Part shown: one piece after another, positions 61,301 through 64,000 of the stretch
Layout of the letters: every line of letters starts with the position of its first letter
Numbering within the stretch: the stretch's first letter is position 1
Source: Tubulanus polymorphus
Taxonomy: Eukaryota > Animalia > Nemertea
Assembly: GCF_964204645.1 (NCBI RefSeq)
Contig: NC_134031.1
Span: 13,131,807 to 13,195,806, forward strand
Length of the DNA stretch: 64,000 bases
Direction: 5' to 3'
Notes under the pieces: model-generated
What the model was told of the DNA's origin: nothing
Databases searched by the model: none
Seen by the model: only the letters and a program-made list of their open reading frames with translations
Made by a program: the position numbers and the translations under genes

Positions 61301-62589
61301 ATGATAGACCTATCACCAGTGTTCCCGCCGGGTTGAAAAAAACATGGCAGCCCTCACGGAAGCGACATAGGCCTAAGGCCTCACCAAAACAGGGGTCCAA
61401 TAGCACTCCCCTGGTAGTTTGCTTGATGCACGTGACTGTACAAGAACATTGAATTCTTTAATGGGCATATGATCAAATCAATATTCCCTTAAAGAATTCA
61501 ATGTTCTTGTACAATAAAATGAATTTTTGTCAATTCAGCTTGCCAAAGTTTTATTCATCAATCTTCTACAGGCTGCACATACTTAACTATGCAATGCCAG
61601 CTCGCTGTTCTTCAGCAGGCAGAATATCTAACCGGTTTTGACCCACATGTCCATTGATTATACAATGTGATTATTCCAGGATATCTAGTGCCCACATAAT
61701 AGACTTTCTGCTGGCAGGCATATACAATGTAGATACTCAAATGTGAATGCTTGATAAAGTAAAATAAAAACATAACTTTTCCCCATAGGTTTTTATATTA
61801 AAGCACTCTGTAACATATATCACATCTTTCATTTGCTCGGCGGTCAAAGGTTATAGCATGGTGGGTTGCCATGCTTAAGACACCACAGTGAGAACACTAT
61901 ATCGCTTTATCAAAATTTCATAAATATTGAATCAGAACCAGAAAATTTAATAATTCCCTGCCCTCAGGGGGTTGGATAAGTAAGTCAATGGAATAAGTAC
62001 AATAACCACAGAAAGTTTATCTATTCATAGTAACAATTCCTTTTTCAATACGTAGGTAGAATGATTTTAGTTCAGTGAGATAAGCGTGCAACGTTGTCTG
62101 TCAAGTACAGCAGGAGTAAAGACGTATCAATTTAACGTAATGTCAAAAATTAAATTATGGGATTGGATTCATTGACCAGACAAGGTGGCCAATGTTTTAG
62201 CTCACACTACAGTGGCAGTATTGTATTGAGCAATGCTGTATTAATTAATTAAGAACTGGTACAAAAGCACTTTAAGCTTAAGATTAAGCTTCAGATCAAG
62301 GCGCATTTCAGCAATAGACAAAATTTGAATATTTTCAAATATATGATGATTTAAAAGAAATTGTTACAGAAACTGTTATTAGGTGGTGTATGGTTATCAG
62401 CGCCCCCTGGTTGTAGATGTAGTAAACATTTACAGGTATTGGGCGGCTGTGGCTGATCATCAATAATTGCACGGTTGTCGATAGGGGTTGTAGCTGCGCC
62501 TGCTACTGCTGATGCAACACTGCTACTAGTCGGTACACCTGGCTGCTGCATGTATTCCATGTTCGCTCCAGGGCTTGGATAGTAACCAA
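16138..62589 (-). CDS. EIF4G: Eukaryotic translation initiation factor 4 gamma (eIF4G1/3-like), 26 coding exons in window, N-terminus beyond window end
   Basis: PABP-binding motif ([11 protein letters not shown]...DIT), eIF4E-binding YDRDFLL, MIF4G ([18 protein letters not shown]), MA3 and W2 ([15 protein letters not shown]...FFTWLQE). Exons sum to 4289 nt with every phase consistent. Confidence 0.95.
17603..18513. repeat. Three tandem 310-bp units covering the 3' end of an eIF4G exon, its donor and downstream intron
   Basis: TGATATTGTAATGGATGTAGG recurs at 17603, 17913 and 18223. Confidence 0.93.
18476..18622 (-). CDS. EIF4G: eIF4G exon (W2)
   Basis: [31 protein letters not shown]. Confidence 0.95.
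18926..19750. mobile_element. Non-autonomous DNA transposon with TTAA TSD and purine termini (Kolobok-like)
   Basis: TTAA|AGGTCAAGTGCCCT...AGGGCACTTGACCT|TTAA, perfect 14-bp TIR; the reconstructed empty site matches the repeat at 17603-18513. Confidence 0.85.
19932..20013 (-). CDS. EIF4G: eIF4G exon (W2)
   Basis: [17 protein letters not shown]. Confidence 0.93.
20113..20244 (-). CDS. EIF4G: eIF4G exon
   Basis: DLEFTC...NENVFDWIE|gtgag. Confidence 0.93.
20647..21284 (-). repeat. 3' part of the same HINE family, about 3.5 tandem ~180-bp units
   Basis: Reverse complement of 2590-3094 and 4970-5313. Confidence 0.8.
21286..21805 (-). mobile_element. Penelope-like element 3' fragment (GIY-YIG remnant plus pseudo-LTR)
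   Basis: [41 protein letters not shown] resembles the PLE GIY-YIG C-terminus, followed by a TATATA tract and a hammerhead motif. Confidence 0.8.
21401..21442 (-). ncRNA. Minimal type I hammerhead ribozyme (PLE type)
   Basis: ACAC-CUGACGA-U-GAUUUC(UAGUGU)GAGAUC-GAAA-UGUC^GUGU: core, 6-bp stem II, 4-bp stem I, GUC cleavage triplet. Confidence 0.75.
23142..23862 (-). repeat. Two tandem ~359-bp copies of the DIRS 3' end (ICR plus right ITR)
   Basis: 23142-23500 vs 23501-23862 at about 98% identity; ICRs at 23362-23459 and 23722-23819. Confidence 0.93.
24078..27005 (-). CDS. DIRS tyrosine recombinase ORF (recognisable YR in the C-terminal ~360 aa; N-terminal part overlaps pol)
   Basis: Catalytic set intact: ARRSEIHAL (R), FLAKNQ (K), HQVR (HxxR), [12 protein letters not shown] (W, Y); core-binding TIKGYRSAI. 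Confidence 0.92.
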   Translation of the reverse strand: MSAAGSNPLVRPLWRRLALPGRLSWLPSPFPKATAPDEVTSRHAAKTRSGGLNLSGSQGTGREGSDRTSLQRNFSRLVFSNIHGTKGHRGSTDSDRSVIPQSAPRHSKVPDDQAQGRDSRAPSGSMGGFIRPERCLLSGSNSPKISAISQDKVERPPVPIQVSSIWPQYGPVGFHQVGQVSSEGTSVKGCSTVRLPRRLVNSREFGSGMSGGNDLSLGLSPSARVPRKQGKISVDAGPTVHLSRHGLRSPNRQSLSVYGSSGQTSRSCSGSVHNPENSSLLVTASRLHQLHGSGGALRPPQKQALATILEGLLVSVEGQLGGLDSRTSNRSKSGSSVVGGHYESSARGVTSPVRGSSSCIHGCQSPRMGGSSGGPSQSREMVSLRGHQPHKFPRNAGRVEGPEVLSQESGGPPRLVSHRQFNSEGLPSEPRGHSLRNPHRSVGQNSSLVPDKGRVPDCGTFSREKERDGRCSVSSRSGYCDRMGSPPRSSRSGSGHFWQSAAGSVCHPVQSEVSSVCVPFSRRVSVGGRCLLSGLVGDACVCVPAHTSPAALTGSNREISQLQHSSGSTMLAGSEMVPTTSQPTVRQPQDSSEFPITSVSGDLSASSKQPVVKSARLAIVQRSLSASGFSEQAASFIAGSKRPSTSTIYDAKWSHFADWCAAGEIDPCSPSVAQLADFLLHLFVVKGLQVITIKGYRSAISHTLRASGWPNVAGDHRISQLVAGFSISRPRVTRTVPPWDLSVILKKLMEAPFEPLLAASFANLSKKTVFLLFLACSARRSEIHALSVRQGHIVFGPANEFVSLRPALEFLAKNQRPGSVGRQWRIEALKHRVEPGIPDRTLCPVRAFCFYLDRSASRRGSRERLFIPLLDHLKGDISRDTVARWVSSMIKDILLKENLSSEGVVSHQVRSMATSCAAFSGAPLEEVCRAAFWNSPSTFTSFYLWDVSGQLGSLASLGPVVMAQGVRSFRSDPLV
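24989..27160 (-). pseudogene. DIRS pol: reverse transcriptase, RNase H and Dam-like methyltransferase domain, with an in-frame TAA at 25433-25435
   Basis: RT motifs [28 protein letters not shown]; RNase H motifs [26 protein letters not shown]; MT motifs [24 protein letters not shown]. ORFs 25433-27160 and 24989-25393 share one frame. Confidence 0.92.
27027..29246 (-). pseudogene. DIRS gag (ORF1), frameshifted: Cys/His-rich N-terminus, R/S-rich middle, 376-aa C-terminal part
   Basis: Pieces 28695-29267, 28262-28729 and 27027-28260 switch reading frame twice (the middle piece is out of frame with the other two); (GAATTCA)x3 at 28251-28271 explains one shift. Confidence 0.8.
29447..29584 (-). 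repeat. DIRS left (5') inverted terminal repeat
   Basis: Reverse complement of 23188-23307 and of 23547-23666, one mismatch to each; the outer 18 nt match the ICR. Confidence 0.93.
30295..30393 (-). CDS. EIF4G: eIF4G exon
   Basis: [20 protein letters not shown]. Confidence 0.93.
30638..30836 (-). CDS. EIF4G: eIF4G exon (MA3)
   Basis: [29 protein letters not shown]. Confidence 0.95.
31162..31560. repeat. Dispersed Harbinger-like repeat, second copy at about 45478-45755
   Basis: Shared GAACTGAACTGGCCACGTATTT...GCTTAGCTAGCCGC...TTGCCAACTCGT; GCTGCGTTCACACTA and TAGTGTGAACACGGC termini. Confidence 0.7.
31759..31928 (-). CDS. EIF4G: eIF4G exon (MA3)
   Basis: EAILCVEEL...[16 protein letters not shown]. 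Confidence 0.95.
32339..32585 (-). CDS. EIF4G: eIF4G exon (linker to MA3 start)
   Basis: ...[18 protein letters not shown]|gtacg. Confidence 0.92.
33991..34170 (-). CDS. EIF4G: eIF4G exon
   Basis: Completes the NRFSAL motif across the splice junction. Confidence 0.92.
34968..35092 (-). CDS. EIF4G: eIF4G exon
   Basis: [24 protein letters not shown]. Confidence 0.92.
36330..36433 (-). CDS. EIF4G: eIF4G exon
   Basis: [23 protein letters not shown]. Confidence 0.92.
36565..36715 (-). CDS. EIF4G: eIF4G exon
   Basis: [22 protein letters not shown]. Confidence 0.95.
38912..39016 (-). CDS. EIF4G: eIF4G exon (MIF4G end)
   Basis: PRMDQYF...[16 protein letters not shown]. Confidence 0.95.
39550..39706 (-). 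CDS. EIF4G: eIF4G exon (MIF4G)
   Basis: [20 protein letters not shown]...[16 protein letters not shown]. Confidence 0.95.
40960..41039 (-). CDS. EIF4G: eIF4G exon (MIF4G)
   Basis: [26 protein letters not shown]. Confidence 0.93.
41837..41965 (-). CDS. EIF4G: eIF4G exon (MIF4G)
   Basis: [24 protein letters not shown]. Confidence 0.93.
42080..42139 (-). CDS. EIF4G: eIF4G 60-nt exon (MIF4G)
   Basis: [20 protein letters not shown]; tttag| and |gttag. Confidence 0.93.
42303..42440 (-). CDS. EIF4G: eIF4G exon (MIF4G start)
   Basis: [21 protein letters not shown]...[11 protein letters not shown]. Confidence 0.95.
45764..45946 (-). CDS. EIF4G: eIF4G exon
   Basis: [22 protein letters not shown]. 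Confidence 0.93.
46659..46745 (-). CDS. EIF4G: eIF4G exon
   Basis: [21 protein letters not shown]; AG/GTAAG boundaries. Confidence 0.9.
46830..46957 (-). CDS. EIF4G: eIF4G exon with eIF4E-binding motif
   Basis: [22 protein letters not shown]...[15 protein letters not shown]. Confidence 0.95.
47457..47826 (-). CDS. EIF4G: eIF4G exon
   Basis: ttcag|GCT AAA GAA...LKYHYKE G|gtatg. Confidence 0.9.
48392..48504 (-). CDS. EIF4G: eIF4G exon
   Basis: [28 protein letters not shown] (conserved KxKELNxK...DxF segment). Confidence 0.9.
48920..49842 (-). mobile_element. Second HINE-like family (related copies at about 35170-36232 and 57600-58330)
   Basis: Shared AACAAGAGCCCA hairpin end and GCCTACGGCTGGCCT end; shared internal blocks such as TTGATCTTGAAATA-AATTTT and GGAGAATGGAT. 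Confidence 0.55.
52962..53457 (+). mobile_element. Solo LTR (496 bp, 4-bp TSD, Gypsy-like)
   Basis: GTAC|TGTCACC...GGTTACA|GTAC; TATATAA near 53289 and AATAAA near 53337; the uninterrupted target repeat is seen at about 39361-39505. Confidence 0.85.
57033..57573 (-). CDS. EIF4G: eIF4G exon (P/S/T/E-rich)
   Basis: ccag|GAT ACA CCA...[10 protein letters not shown]...GAA G|gtaag. Confidence 0.88.
58688..58902 (-). CDS. EIF4G: eIF4G exon with PABP-binding motif
   Basis: [24 protein letters not shown]; AG/GTAAG boundaries. Confidence 0.9.
62434..62589 (-). CDS. EIF4G: eIF4G exon (N-terminal low-complexity)
   Basis: tgtag|TT GGT TAC TAT CCA...ACC T|gtaaa; phase matches the next exon. Confidence 0.7.
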
Positions 62590-64000
62590 CTACATAAGAA
62601 ACAAGAGATAACATAACTTCACTAAATCAACACACAAAACATAAATTATTACAATTCGTTTTTACAAGCGGTTTCAATGTGTATACAATGATGCCATTTT
62701 AAGAAAAATCATCAGATTTGATGTGTACAAAAAAAGAACCATTTTTATTTTACTTCGTTACCCAGGGACTAAGATCTGCGTAAACAAATCTGAAGACCAA
62801 AATGATGTTCATCATTTGTGCTAAAATCATAGGAAAAGATATGCTGTGGCAATTATAGCCTTGTACTCACAAGCAATTCTCGAGCAACTGCCCGATTTGC
62901 TTGGTGTCGAACGAAGAAAATCTGCAGCAACAGGAGACAGCGATTGCTCTATGTTAAAAGGATTCACTCCTCGTCGAGAAATTGCTCATCGATCGCTTGG
63001 AGTCGCCATGTGTGCGGTAGCTTGAGACGCCAAGCGACAAGCAACTCATCAACTAGCCTATGAGCACGTGCGAATAATCATGAGATACTTCCATATATGG
63101 CAACTTCTCATGCAGTAGCGCGCCATCTCAGCAAGTCACATGATACAGATCCTTGGTGGGAAAGATAATTGCCGTCGCCAGTGAGAGCACACAGGAGACG
63201 CCAAGCAAACGATTGCTCGACGGTTCCTTGCAGAACCGGCCTCTAAGAATCGCATCGTGCACACCTGCCTTATAAGAAGCTGGGCACATATGTGTTGAAA
63301 AAAGTGGTGGCCATGTTGAAGACCGGTGATTACCTATGTTTTAATTTCAGAAAACTTTGAAATTTCTGATACTTCATTATTCATTTGTCAATTTTTATGG
63401 AACATATGCCATTAAGTTGTGTTAGTTACAAAATGGATATTCACTGAAACTTAAATTCAATATTCAAGCAGCGCTAAAACAGGATGAATAAAATTTCAGC
63501 CCACGTTGACCTAGACACTTTTTCATTGGATGGAAACTGCAGTCACTAATGGTCACGCATCATGATTTATACAGAATTCAAAGCTGCTCGGGCTCAAAAT
63601 ATAAAATGGTTTTTACCTTTTTTAGAGACACACTTTACTGTACAAATCAATGAATGCTATTTGCCTAAGCAAGTCTGCAATCAACTGATTATGGAAACTC
63701 CAAATTTTTTAGACAAGCACTTGCTCCATGCACATTAATCATAAGATATAGAATAGTGGTTGTAATTGTGTTAAGTAACCCTAGACCAGACCATAGACTG
63801 GGTAACTTGTACGGTTGTCCAGTAGGCGCTACCTACAATGCTTAGGAAAAGGCATTTTCAGATATATCAATTATTTGGATGAATACATTTTTAAGAAAAT
63901 TGATATACATGTACCTATTATAAGATAACAAACGTTTTCACAATCAGAGCTTACTCTTACAACTAGGAAGCATAAATCTTAAACAACCCATGTTAGCATC

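Noticed and set aside
30400-62400. Intronic C/D box snoRNAs, which translation-factor genes often host
   Set aside because: No RTGATGA/CTGA pair with suitable spacing and terminal stem was found by eye; an Infernal scan is needed to exclude them

Overview
AT-rich, intron-rich animal genomic DNA. The repeat landscape resembles lophotrochozoan invertebrates, which is inference only. Two convergent housekeeping genes are present: the last five coding exons of the spliceosomal DEAH helicase DHX16/Prp2 (+, 263-10038) and 26 coding exons of eIF4G (-, 62589-16138, about 1428 aa in the window, 5' end outside). All exon phases close with GT-AG introns. The 10-kb eIF4G intron at 20245-30294 holds a full-length, young but mutated DIRS1-type tyrosine-recombinase retrotransposon (23142-29584, co-oriented with eIF4G) carrying gag, RT-RNaseH-methyltransferase and YR, ITRs and an ICR. 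The same intron has a Penelope-like fragment with a minimal hammerhead ribozyme and a Helentron/HINE piece. Other introns hold a BEL/Pao fragment, a solo LTR and many MITEs. The most notable observations are: (1) an apparent spliceosomal intron in the DIRS leader, with acceptors just upstream of the gag, pol and possibly YR start codons; (2) a tandem duplication of the ICR plus right ITR; (3) gag and YR in one frame separated by a single TGA; (4) a triplicated eIF4G exon end with spare donors; (5) a candidate internal first exon giving an eIF4G without the PABP site. Everything was read by eye and no database searches were run.
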